Assembly: GCF_000025685.1 (NCBI RefSeq)
Contig: NC_013967.1
Location: 1,110,001-1,142,000 of the forward strand
Source: Haloferax volcanii DS2
GTDB lineage: Archaea > Halobacteriota > Halobacteria > Halobacteriales > Haloferacaceae
Direction: 5' to 3'
Length of the DNA: 32,000 nucleotides
The position numbers were made by a program, and so were the translations under genes. This document shows positions 24,411 to 31,789 of the stretch, piece after piece. Positions within the stretch are counted from its first letter, which is position 1. Each line of letters starts with the position of its first letter. The notes under the pieces were generated by a model. It was not told the DNA's origin. It was given only the letters and a program-made list of their open reading frames with translations, and did not search any database.

Positions 24411-25709
24411 ATGTTCGACGGGTCTCCGTCCCGCCGGGAGTTCCTGAAGGCCGCGGTCGCCGCCGGCGGCGCGGCGGCGCTCTCCGCCTGCCTCGACAGG
24501 GCACCGGACGACCCCGTTCCGGCGGGGACCGGCGCGTTCGAGGCGCTCCCGAGCCGGCAGCACGCGTGGAACGAGTTCTGTCGGGAAGACGACCACGGCA
24601 ACGTCGAGGTGCCCCGCCATCAGGTGCTCCTCTATCTCGACCTCGACGGCGAGGGACCGCCCGACGAGGCCGCCCGCGCGACCGTCGAGGGCGCCTTCCG
24701 CGCCCTCGACCGCGCCTACGAGCGGAGCCACGAGGGCGTCATCTGGTCGGTCGCCTACTCGCCGCGGTACTTCGACCGCTTCGACGACCCGCTTCCCGAC
24801 AGCGTGGACCTGCCCGAACCGCGGGCGCTGTCGCCGTTCGAGACGCCCGACTTCGACCGGCAGGACGCGCTCGTCCACCTCGCGTCCGACCGCGCCGACG
24901 CGGTTCTCGAAGCCGAACAAGCCCTCCTCGGCGAGGCGGACGAGGCCAACGGCGTCGCCGTCGACGCCGACCTCTCGGGCGTCTTTTCGGTTGCGTCCCG
25001 GCGGACGGGCTTCGTCGGGGCCGGACTCCCCGCCGAGCACCAGTCCGACCTGAACGGCATCCCCGACGGGAACCCCGTCCCCGAGGCGTCGCCGCTGTTC
25101 ATGGGGTTCAAAGCCGGCTTCGCCAAGAATCAGGCCACCGAGGAGTACGTCACCATCGACGACGGGCCGTTCGCGGGCGCGACCACGAAGCACGTGGCGA
25201 ACGTCCGCCAGCGCCTCTCGGACTGGTACGACGAGGAAGACCGCTACCACCGGGTCATGAAGCTATTTTCGCCGGAACACGCCGAACAGGGACTCGTCGA
25301 GGGCGTCGGCGACAACCTCGGCGACGACAGCGGCATCGACGCGATGCTCGACAGCCTCCGCGACGACGCCTTCGAATTCGGCCACGTCGGCCACGCCCAG
25401 AAGGCCGCCCGCGCCAACCGCGACGACGAGGGCAACGTCAGACTCCTCCGCAGACACTTCGAGTCGGACGACGACGGCGTGGCGAGCCTGCACTTCCCGT
25501 CGCTCCAGCGCGGTATCTCGGCGTTCGAGGAGGTCCGCGAGGCGATGAACGGCACCGACCTGACCGACGTGCCGACCGTCCGCCAGCGCGTCAACAACGG
25601 GATTTTAGAGTACATCTTCGTCAAGCGCCGCGGCAACTTCCTCGTGCCGCCGCGGGAGATTCGCGCGTTGCCGACGCCGACCGGCGAAGTTCCGGGGCTG
25701 GACGGCTGA
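24411..25709 (+). CDS. Tat lipoprotein with a DyP-type peroxidase (EfeB-like) C-terminal signature; function unverified
   Basis: 432 aa from ATG 24411. Signal MFDGSPSRREFLKAAVAAGGAAALSAC. The C-terminal order resembles DyP/EfeB: PLFMGFKAGF, then GHVGHAQKAARAN (candidate proximal His), RLLRRHF, SLHFPSLQR..AFEEV, ILEYIFVKRRGNFLVPP. The track ORF starting at 23979 is an antisense-overlap artefact. Confidence 0.5.
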   Translation: MFDGSPSRREFLKAAVAAGGAAALSACLDRAPDDPVPAGTGAFEALPSRQHAWNEFCREDDHGNVEVPRHQVLLYLDLDGEGPPDEAARATVEGAFRALDRAYERSHEGVIWSVAYSPRYFDRFDDPLPDSVDLPEPRALSPFETPDFDRQDALVHLASDRADAVLEAEQALLGEADEANGVAVDADLSGVFSVASRRTGFVGAGLPAEHQSDLNGIPDGNPVPEASPLFMGFKAGFAKNQATEEYVTIDDGPFAGATTKHVANVRQRLSDWYDEEDRYHRVMKLFSPEHAEQGLVEGVGDNLGDDSGIDAMLDSLRDDAFEFGHVGHAQKAARANRDDEGNVRLLRRHFESDDDGVASLHFPSLQRGISAFEEVREAMNGTDLTDVPTVRQRVNNGILEYIFVKRRGNFLVPPREIRALPTPTGEVPGLDG

Positions 25710-25739
25710 GCCGGCCGCTGCTCGCGCTTTCCTGCACCC

Positions 25740-26432
25740 TCAGACGTGTCCCAAGAACGACAGCGCCAGCCAAATCTGCCAGAGGCCGGCGAGCACCATC
25801 ACGACCGCGGCGGCTTTCTGGACCGAGCCAACGTAGCCCGACAGCGACCGGATTCGGTCGCCGCCGAGCGCGGCCGCGACGGTGACGACCGAAAGCGGGA
25901 GCGCCGCGGCGGCGGCGTAGGCTCCGAGCGAGACGACCGCCTGCGGGGTCGGGAGCGCGAGCGATTGCGTGACGACGCCGAGGAAAATCGGGACGACGCA
26001 GCCGGCCGCCGCGAGGCCGTACACCCCGCCGAAGACGGCGAATCCGGTCACGGACGACCGGTACTCCGGGAGGACGACGTGGAGGCTCGGCGCGCGCCCG
26101 GTGAACATGAGGACGCCGAAGCCGACGAGCGCCGCGCCGACGAGCGGTTCGAGGAGCGCGAGGTGCGAGGCGATGCGGCCGCCGACGACCGCGAGCGCGC
26201 TCCCGATAGCGCCGAGGACGACCAGCGCGGCGAGCGATGCGACCGCCCCGCGGACGACCGCGCCGCCGAGGTCGGCCTCCTCGCTGGAGAGGTAGTAGCC
26301 GACGTAGCCCGGGAGAAGCGGGTAGGCGCAGGGCGCGAAGAAGGTGGCGACGCCGGCGCTGACGGCGAACGCGAGCGTGCCGGCGAAGGCGGAATCGAAC
26401 CCCAGCGCGGGGCCGAGACCGAACCCGGGCAT
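25740..26432 (-). CDS. ccdA: CcdA/DsbD-family transmembrane thiol-disulfide electron transporter
   Basis: 230 aa from ATG 26432 (MPGFGLGPALGF...) with 6 TM segments. The two family cysteines sit in TM helices (FFAPCAYPLLPGYVGYY and AAAGCVVPIFLGV). The start overlaps the stop of the upstream thioredoxin gene (TGATG at 26430-26434). Confidence 0.85.
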   Translation of the reverse strand: MPGFGLGPALGFDSAFAGTLAFAVSAGVATFFAPCAYPLLPGYVGYYLSSEEADLGGAVVRGAVASLAALVVLGAIGSALAVVGGRIASHLALLEPLVGAALVGFGVLMFTGRAPSLHVVLPEYRSSVTGFAVFGGVYGLAAAGCVVPIFLGVVTQSLALPTPQAVVSLGAYAAAAALPLSVVTVAAALGGDRIRSLSGYVGSVQKAAAVVMVLAGLWQIWLALSFLGHV

Positions 26433-27022
26433 CAGGCGACGTCCTCGACGGCCGCGCGGAGATTCTCCTCGCTGGCGAGTCCGCGGTGGGTCCACGTCGC
26501 CTCGCCGTCGGCGTCGAAGACGACGAGATACGGGAGGCCGTTCGCGCGGACCGCGCGCATCAGGCTACTGTCGGGGTCGTGGCCGACCGTCCAGTTCCCG
26601 TCGTGTTCGGCCCACCAGTCGCGGATGTCGTCCATCGTGAGGCCGCCGCCGAGGCGCTCGTTCGTCACCGAGACGAACGCCACGTCGTCACCGAACTCCT
26701 CGTGGAGCGTCCGCAGCGACTCCATCTGGGCGACGCAGGGCGCACACCACGTCGCGAAGAGGTCGAGGACGGTCGGCGCGCCCTCGGCGGGGATTCGAAC
26801 CTCGCCGGCCGACGACCCCTGCGCGTCGACGGTGTCGACGACGAGCGGGAGGTCGCCGGAACCGGACCCCGACGACGCGGTGGCGGAGGCGGGGTCGGCG
26901 GCGTCGCTCGTCGTCTCGGCCGCGTCGCCCGCTTCGGCGGGTGCGGACCCGTCGCCGAGACAGCCCGCGACGCCGGCGACGCCCGCGCCCGCGAGCAGCG
27001 AGAGGAGGGCGCGTCGTCTCAC
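26432..27022 (-). CDS. TlpA/ResA-like extracytoplasmic thioredoxin, lipoprotein
   Basis: 196 aa with a GTG start. Signal MRRRALLSLLAGAGVAGVAGC, then a low-complexity linker and a thioredoxin fold with the WCAPC active site (VLDLFATWCAPCVAQM). Confidence 0.85.
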   Translation of the reverse strand: MRRRALLSLLAGAGVAGVAGCLGDGSAPAEAGDAAETTSDAADPASATASSGSGSGDLPLVVDTVDAQGSSAGEVRIPAEGAPTVLDLFATWCAPCVAQMESLRTLHEEFGDDVAFVSVTNERLGGGLTMDDIRDWWAEHDGNWTVGHDPDSSLMRAVRANGLPYLVVFDADGEATWTHRGLASEENLRAAVEDVA

Positions 27023-27169
27023 CGGGCGTCACCTCGTCGGGGTCGGGAGCGCGGTCGCGTCGTGTGCATACTCGTGGCTAGTGAATCCCGTCGTAAAGCG
27101 TCGCTGGTGTCGTGCGCGAATCCCGCGCGAGAGGTGGTGTGGGCGTCGAACCACGCGACTCGCGTCCGA

Positions 27170-27853
27170 TTACCGGGCGTTCTCGACGGCGCGCTGGAGG
27201 TCGGACCATCGCGGCGCGACCTGCTCGCCGTCGATGAGAACCGTCGGCGTCCCCTGGAAGCCGCGCTCGTCGACGGCCTCGGTCCGCTCGGCTTCGACGA
27301 GCGGGCGGTAGCGTTCGCGCGAAGCCGCCGCGGCGACCGAACAGCCGTCGAGGTCGGCGTCGGCGGCGAGCGACTGGAGCGTCGACAGCGACCCCTCGGC
27401 GTCGCCGCCGCCGAACTCCGATTGGTTCTCGTAGAGCGTGTGGGCGAAGTCGAAGAAGGTCTCGTCGTCGGCCTCGTCCTGGACGGCGCGGGCCGCCGAG
27501 GCCCCCTTCCACGACCACCATTCGTCCACCGGAATCGGGAAGTCGTGGTGGCGGTAGCGGACGATTCCCTCCGAGACGTACTCGGACCGGAGCTGCGGGG
27601 CGACGTCGACCGCGAACGTCGCGCAGTGAGGGCAGGCGAAGTCCTCCCAGACGTCGACGACGACGCTCGCGTCCTCGGACCCGATGACGGGCGTGGGGAG
27701 CGAACTGACCGTGTCGCGTTCGGGGACCTCACAACCGATGGCGGCGACGGCGTCGTTTCCGGACCCGCCGCTTCCGCCGCCGAGGCACCCGGCGGTGCCC
27801 AGCGTCAACGCACCCGCCGTGGCGGCGAGGTACGCGCGTCGTGTGTTGCGCAT
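27170..27853 (-). CDS. DsbA-family thiol:disulfide oxidoreductase, Tat lipoprotein
   Basis: 227 aa. Signal MRNTRRAYLAATAGALTLGTAGC. CPHC active site (VWEDFACPHCATF). The C-terminal GTPTVLIDG motif (cis-Pro loop region) is typical of the DsbA family. Confidence 0.8.
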   Translation of the reverse strand: MRNTRRAYLAATAGALTLGTAGCLGGGSGGSGNDAVAAIGCEVPERDTVSSLPTPVIGSEDASVVVDVWEDFACPHCATFAVDVAPQLRSEYVSEGIVRYRHHDFPIPVDEWWSWKGASAARAVQDEADDETFFDFAHTLYENQSEFGGGDAEGSLSTLQSLAADADLDGCSVAAAASRERYRPLVEAERTEAVDERGFQGTPTVLIDGEQVAPRWSDLQRAVENAR

Positions 27854-28036
27854 GGTCGGGGTCGGGGACGGACGAACTTAGATTCTCCGAGGCGAATCGC
27901 GGGGTTTCGGAGGGCGTTGCCGCTTTCCGTGGTTCGATTCGGGAACGCGGAACTCCGGCGACTCACGGCCGACGACCGCGATTTCAGCCGTCTCACAAAC
28001 GACACTGATTAAGCCTCCTGTGGCGTCACCTAACAC

Positions 28037-28414
28037 GTGCCAACCGTCCACTTCCGCGGCCGGGAAATCGAGTGCGACCGCGGGGACGTCCTCCGCGACG
28101 TGCTCCGCGCGGCCGGCGAATCGCCGCACAACGGTCACTCGTCGTGGTTCAACTGCCGCGGCGGCGGCTCCTGCGGCACCTGCGCCGTCCGGGTTCGCGG
28201 TCCCGCGACCTACCGGACGAAAAAGGAGCGCCGCCGGCTCCGATTCCCCCCGCACGACCCCGACTCGGGGCTCCGACTCGCGTGCCAGACGGTCGTCCTC
28301 GGCGACCTCCGGGTGGAGAAGTACCCCGGATTCTGGGGCCAACGCGTCGAAGCCGATGAGAGCGAAACAGGAGCTGTGCAGGACGCGGAAGACGCGCAGG
28401 AACCGACCGACTGA
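28037..28414 (+). CDS. Plant-type [2Fe-2S] ferredoxin-domain protein
   Basis: 125 aa with a GTG start. The Cys pattern C-x6-C-x2-C...C (FNCRGGGSCGTCAV ... LRLACQTVV) fits a 2Fe-2S ferredoxin-like fold. It has an acidic C-terminal tail. It is divergent from the DsbA gene. Confidence 0.65.
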   Translation: MPTVHFRGREIECDRGDVLRDVLRAAGESPHNGHSSWFNCRGGGSCGTCAVRVRGPATYRTKKERRRLRFPPHDPDSGLRLACQTVVLGDLRVEKYPGFWGQRVEADESETGAVQDAEDAQEPTD

Positions 28415-28427
28415 GCCGGCGGCCCGG

Positions 28428-29003
28428 TCAGTCGCCGGCGACGTGGTCGTACCACGACAGTAGGTCGTCGCGGTCGCGGGTGTCTGGCGGGAGCTCCGAG
28501 ACGCGGAACCACCGCGCGGCCGAGATTTCCTCGTCGGGGTCGTTCACGCTGAGTTCCGCGGCCCCGTCGACGCGGGCACGGTAGACGGGCATCACCCCCC
28601 ACGTCTGGTGGCCGTCGCAGCGGATGTCGACGCGGGTGGCCATCGCGAGGCCGCCGTAGTCGGCGGTGATACCGGCCTCTTCAGCGAGTTCGCGCCGGGC
28701 GGCCGCGGTGAACCCCTCGTCGCCGTCGACGCCGCCGCCGGGGAGGACCCAGAGGCCGACGCCCTCGTGGCGGACGAGCAGTATCTCGTCGTCGCGGCGG
28801 CGGACGACGGTGTGGACGCCGTAGGGCGTCCCCGTGGACTTCACGCGGGAGGCGAGCGTGCGGAACCGCGGGCGGGAGACGCGGCGGGTGTGAACCGGTT
28901 CGAGGTAGTCGGCGTCGGCGTGGTTCCGGCGCAGGCGGTGGTACGCTTGCTCGGCGCGCTGTCGCGCCTCGTCCGCGAGGAACCACAGGTCGTCGACCGT
29001 CAT
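28428..29003 (-). CDS. NUDIX hydrolase with an N-terminal extension of about 60 aa
   Basis: 191 aa from ATG 29003 (MTVDDLWFLADEA...). The Nudix box is GGGVDGDEGFTAAARRELAEEAGI. The track ORF extends to 29261 through sequence that looks non-coding. Confidence 0.85.
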   Translation of the reverse strand: MTVDDLWFLADEARQRAEQAYHRLRRNHADADYLEPVHTRRVSRPRFRTLASRVKSTGTPYGVHTVVRRRDDEILLVRHEGVGLWVLPGGGVDGDEGFTAAARRELAEEAGITADYGGLAMATRVDIRCDGHQTWGVMPVYRARVDGAAELSVNDPDEEISAARWFRVSELPPDTRDRDDLLSWYDHVAGD

Positions 29004-29166
29004 CGGCGCGCGGCCGGCGGTCGATGTGCGAGCGGGCGACTCGGCATACCGCACGGTTCGGCGCGACTCCACAAATCGGCTTCGACACGCGTCGTCGCGA
29101 GCGGCGGAGCCGGTGACTTCGCGTCCAATCATCGCCCTTTTATCCGGTGACGCGGAACCTGTGGGT

Positions 29167-29376
29167 ATGAGCTTCGAGAAAGACGACAAGGTCGTCCTGA
29201 ACGACAAGCACAGCGAGTTCGACGGCGAGACCGGCACGGTCACGCAGGTCATCGAGAGCATGTTCGGCGAGCCGACCTACACCATCAGCTTCGACGAGGG
29301 CCAGGAGGTCGGCATCGCGCAGGACCAGCTCGAAGCCGCCGACGGCGACGACGCGGACGAAGCCGACGAAGAGTAA
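29167..29376 (+). CDS. Small acidic protein (69 aa), SH3/KOW-like beta-rich core suspected; unknown function
   Basis: ATG 29167: MSFEKDDKVVLNDKHSEFDGETGTVTQVIESMFGEPTYTISFDEGQEVGIAQDQLEAADGDDADEADEE. Third positions are GC-rich. No family assignment. Confidence 0.55.
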   Translation: MSFEKDDKVVLNDKHSEFDGETGTVTQVIESMFGEPTYTISFDEGQEVGIAQDQLEAADGDDADEADEE

Positions 29377-29412
29377 GCGACCGACGACCGACCGACGCCT
29401 CTCAGACCCACC

Positions 29413-29841
29413 ATGCCACGCGTTCCGTTCCACTACATCGACCTCCGAACGTTCTGCTACGAGACGGAAGACCAAAAACGGGTCGAGGGGGCGCTTCGGA
29501 CGTTCCTCCCCGACGAGTTCGACGTCGACCGCGTCGAGAGCACCGGCCACCACGGCGACCGCATCATCGTCTTCTCCGCGCGCGTCGAGCGCGCCAACGA
29601 CGTGCGGTACGTCCTCGACAAGATACGCGACCTCCCCGACTTCGAGACGCTCCTGGACGAACTCGACCAGCGCGTCACGGACAACACGGAGTTCTTCCTG
29701 CGGCTGGACAAACAGGCCGCGTTCAAGGGCGAGGCCCGCCGCGGCGGGGGGCTCACCCTCCGCGCGAAAGTCGAGGCCTACCCGGCGAAGAAGGAAGCCG
29801 CGGTGGAGAACGCCCGCGACGCCCTCCTCGGCGACGAGTAG
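29413..29841 (+). CDS. UPF0201 / COG1931-type predicted RNA-binding protein
   Basis: 142 aa. The N-terminal segment FCYETEDQKRVEGALRTFLP matches the T-E-D-x-x-K-V signature I associate with archaeal UPF0201 proteins. The size is typical of the family. Confidence 0.6.
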   Translation: MPRVPFHYIDLRTFCYETEDQKRVEGALRTFLPDEFDVDRVESTGHHGDRIIVFSARVERANDVRYVLDKIRDLPDFETLLDELDQRVTDNTEFFLRLDKQAAFKGEARRGGGLTLRAKVEAYPAKKEAAVENARDALLGDE

Positions 29842-29883
29842 GGTCGTCCGCGAGCCGGTCGAATCGCTTCCGAGTGCGCTGTG

Positions 29884-30471
29884 TTACTCGTCTTTCCACT
29901 TGATGGAACAGCCCTGCGAGGGGTACTCCTCGACGGGGATGTCGTCGCCGGCGAGCAGCGCCTCGACGGCCGTCCGCATCTCGTAGTCGGAGACCTCGTC
30001 GTCGGGGCTCATCGCGTCGTCGATGCGGGAGTGGAACGCGAGTTCGAAGCCATCGCCGGTGTTCTCGAGGAGGAACGGGTCGGGCGTGCAGACCGCGCCG
30101 TAGTCGGCGGCGACCGCCTGGGACTCGTCGCGGAGGTAGGCGGTGTACCCAATCGTGCCGTCCGCGACGAGTTCCTGCATTCGTTCGAAGGAGTCCTCGG
30201 GGCGGTCCTCGGCGTCGTTGGGGTTGATGCCGACGACCGCGAGGTCGTCGTAGGCGCTGGCGAGGTGGTTCAGCTCCTCGAACTTCGCCTTCGCGTACGG
30301 ACAGTGGTTGCAGGTGAAGACGACGAGGACCGCATCGTAGTCAGCGAACGACGAGAGGGAGTACGTCTCGCCGTCGGTGCCGGGGAGTTCGAAGTCGGGG
30401 GCGGCGTCGCCGCGTTCGAGTTCGGAGTCGGATTCGAGCAGTACCATGTCGCCACGTTGGCCCGCGGACAT
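29884..30471 (-). CDS. Thioredoxin-fold (redoxin / AhpC-TSA-like) protein with a CNHCP active site
   Basis: 195 aa: APDFELPGTDGETYSLSSF..AVLVVFTCNHCPYAKA. There is no signal peptide, so it is cytoplasmic. An alternative start is ATG 30447. Confidence 0.8.
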   Translation of the reverse strand: MSAGQRGDMVLLESDSELERGDAAPDFELPGTDGETYSLSSFADYDAVLVVFTCNHCPYAKAKFEELNHLASAYDDLAVVGINPNDAEDRPEDSFERMQELVADGTIGYTAYLRDESQAVAADYGAVCTPDPFLLENTGDGFELAFHSRIDDAMSPDDEVSDYEMRTAVEALLAGDDIPVEEYPSQGCSIKWKDE

Positions 30472-30528
30472 GAAAAGCGGTTGGCCCGCGGCAGTGCTGC
30501 ATCGGCGTCGGCGGCTCCGAGACGCCCC

Positions 30529-30954
30529 TCAGTCGATGGAGACGAGGGCGATTGCGAGGACCGCGAAGCCGATGCCGGCCACCTTGCGAACCGTCAGCGG
30601 TTCGCCGAGCGCGACGATGCCGACGACAGACGAGACCGCGAGGAACATCCCGAAGATGGGAGCGACGATAGAGACGGGGCCGAGCGCCAGCGCCCGGTAA
30701 TACGAGAGGATGCCGACCGCGAGGCAGGCACCGGCGGCGAGAACGTAGGGCAGTTTCGGGCTGATGACCGAGTCTGTGACGCTCTGCCCGGAGACGACGA
30801 TGACCCCGACGGTTCCCACGACGAGCACGCCGTTAGCGACCAGTGCGGCCACGTCGCTCGGGATTTTGGCCTGGCCGGTCGTCGCCACTTTCATCAGCGG
30901 CGCGACGAGCGAGTAGGCCCCGAGCGCGACGACCGCCCACGAGAGATAGTTCAC
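30529..30954 (-). CDS. Single-EamA-domain (DMT superfamily, half-size) membrane protein
   Basis: 141 aa with 4-5 TM segments. The C-terminal pattern YYRALALGPVSIVAPIFGMFLAVSSVVGIVALGEPLT is typical of EamA repeats. Confidence 0.7.
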   Translation of the reverse strand: MNYLSWAVVALGAYSLVAPLMKVATTGQAKIPSDVAALVANGVLVVGTVGVIVVSGQSVTDSVISPKLPYVLAAGACLAVGILSYYRALALGPVSIVAPIFGMFLAVSSVVGIVALGEPLTVRKVAGIGFAVLAIALVSID

Positions 30955-31046
30955 GGGTAGAACGCCGCCCCGAGTCGTGTATAGGGTTACGATTCGACCG
31001 CAAGCCGACGGGAGTGAACCGCGATAACACGGTGACGGTTCGATAT

Positions 31047-31067
31047 TACTCGATTTAGAATCGAGTA
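31047..31067. promoter_or_regulatory. Perfect 9-3-9 palindrome TACTCGATT-TAG-AATCGAGTA in an AT-rich divergent intergenic region; candidate operator
   Basis: Read directly from the sequence. It lies between the minus-strand EamA gene (start 30954) and the plus-strand zinc-finger gene (start 31152). Confidence 0.45.
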
Positions 31068-31120
31068 TGTATTCTCTCCGGAGATAGATAAATGAGACTA
31101 GATGGCGCTATCGACCAAAT

Positions 31121-31128
31121 TTTTATCA
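31121..31128 (+). promoter_or_regulatory. TATA-like box (TTTTATCA) about 27 nt upstream of ATG 31152, suggesting a leaderless transcript
   Basis: The position and AT content fit the haloarchaeal promoter architecture (TATA centred near -27, with many leaderless mRNAs). Confidence 0.4.
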
Positions 31129-31151
31129 AGTATTATCGCGTATTGGTGTGT

Positions 31152-31349
31152 ATGTCTCAGGAAGTACAACCCTCAGTCATCGCGTACACGTGGGACGACC
31201 CGACTCGCTGTCCGTTCTGTCTCGACGAACTGGAGAGCGAAGGAGAGGGGTTCATGGACCACCTCGAAGAGAGCCCCATCTGTCAACAGGGGTTCGGCAT
31301 GTGGCGCGATGCGGTCGCCGACGACGTCCGCGGCGAGTGGTCCGGATAG
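31152..31349 (+). CDS. Small (65 aa) acidic zinc-finger-like protein (C-P-x-C ... H ... C)
   Basis: ATG 31152: MSQEVQPSVIAYTWDDPTRCPFCLDELESEGEGFMDHLEESPICQQGFGMWRDAV.... The 20 upstream codons of the track ORF (31092-31151) are AT-rich with poor GC3, so I exclude them. Confidence 0.55.
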   Translation: MSQEVQPSVIAYTWDDPTRCPFCLDELESEGEGFMDHLEESPICQQGFGMWRDAVADDVRGEWSG

Positions 31350-31355
31350 GCGGCC

Positions 31356-31372
31356 AAAAATCGGTTGTTTTT
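31356..31372. terminator. Bidirectional oligo-T signals between convergent genes (AAAAA 31356-31360 serves the minus strand; TTTTT 31368-31372 serves the plus strand)
   Basis: The sequence reads GGCCAAAAATCGGTTGTTTTTCGCG. It lies between the stop codon at 31347-31349 (+) and the stop codon at 31388-31390 (-). Confidence 0.45.
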
Positions 31373-31387
31373 CGCGGGGCGGTCGGT

Positions 31388-31789
31388 TCACTCGGGCGCG
31401 ACGCCGAACTGTGACAGCATGGACATGCTGACGGTGCTGTTCCACTCCTCGACGCACAGTCCACCCTCGTAGCGCGCTTCCACGATGCCCCACGTGTCCA
31501 TCTTGCGGTGGGTCGCCGGGATGTCGCCGCGGGCGCTCCGGAGCGTCCCGTCGTGGGTGCCGGTCAGCCGATACCGACCGTAGACGCGGTCGTCCCGCAC
31601 CGTCACGTCGAACAGTTCCACGTGGAAGTCGGAGAAGGCGTCGTGGTACCGCCGCGCCCACTCCTCGACCGCGTCGGTCCCGATGATGCCGTCGGGGTCA
31701 GAGAAGGCGTGGACCTCGACCAGAGGGTCGTACTCCTCTTTGATGACCTCGTACTCGCGTTTGTTCCACAGTTCGTCCGCCACGCGCAT
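31388..31789 (-). CDS. SnoaL-like / NTF2-fold protein (ester-cyclase-like)
   Basis: 133 aa: ELWNKREYEVIKEEYDPLVEVH......HDAFSDFHVELFDVTVRDDRVYGRYRLTGTHDG. This matches the usual layout of SnoaL-like cyclase-family proteins. Confidence 0.65.
   Translation of the reverse strand: MRVADELWNKREYEVIKEEYDPLVEVHAFSDPDGIIGTDAVEEWARRYHDAFSDFHVELFDVTVRDDRVYGRYRLTGTHDGTLRSARGDIPATHRKMDTWGIVEARYEGGLCVEEWNSTVSMSMLSQFGVAPE

Noticed and set aside
25746-28012. Plus-strand ORFs 25746..27311 (521 aa) and 26486..28012 (508 aa)
   Set aside because: They are antisense to the CcdA, TlpA-like and DsbA-like genes, which carry clear active-site motifs and signal peptides. The antisense translations carry no motifs.
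31092-31151. 20-codon N-terminal extension (MRLDGAIDQIFIKYYRVLVC) of the small zinc-finger ORF
   Set aside because: The extension is AT-rich with low GC3, unlike every confident gene in the window. It contains the TATA-like box for the ATG at 31152.
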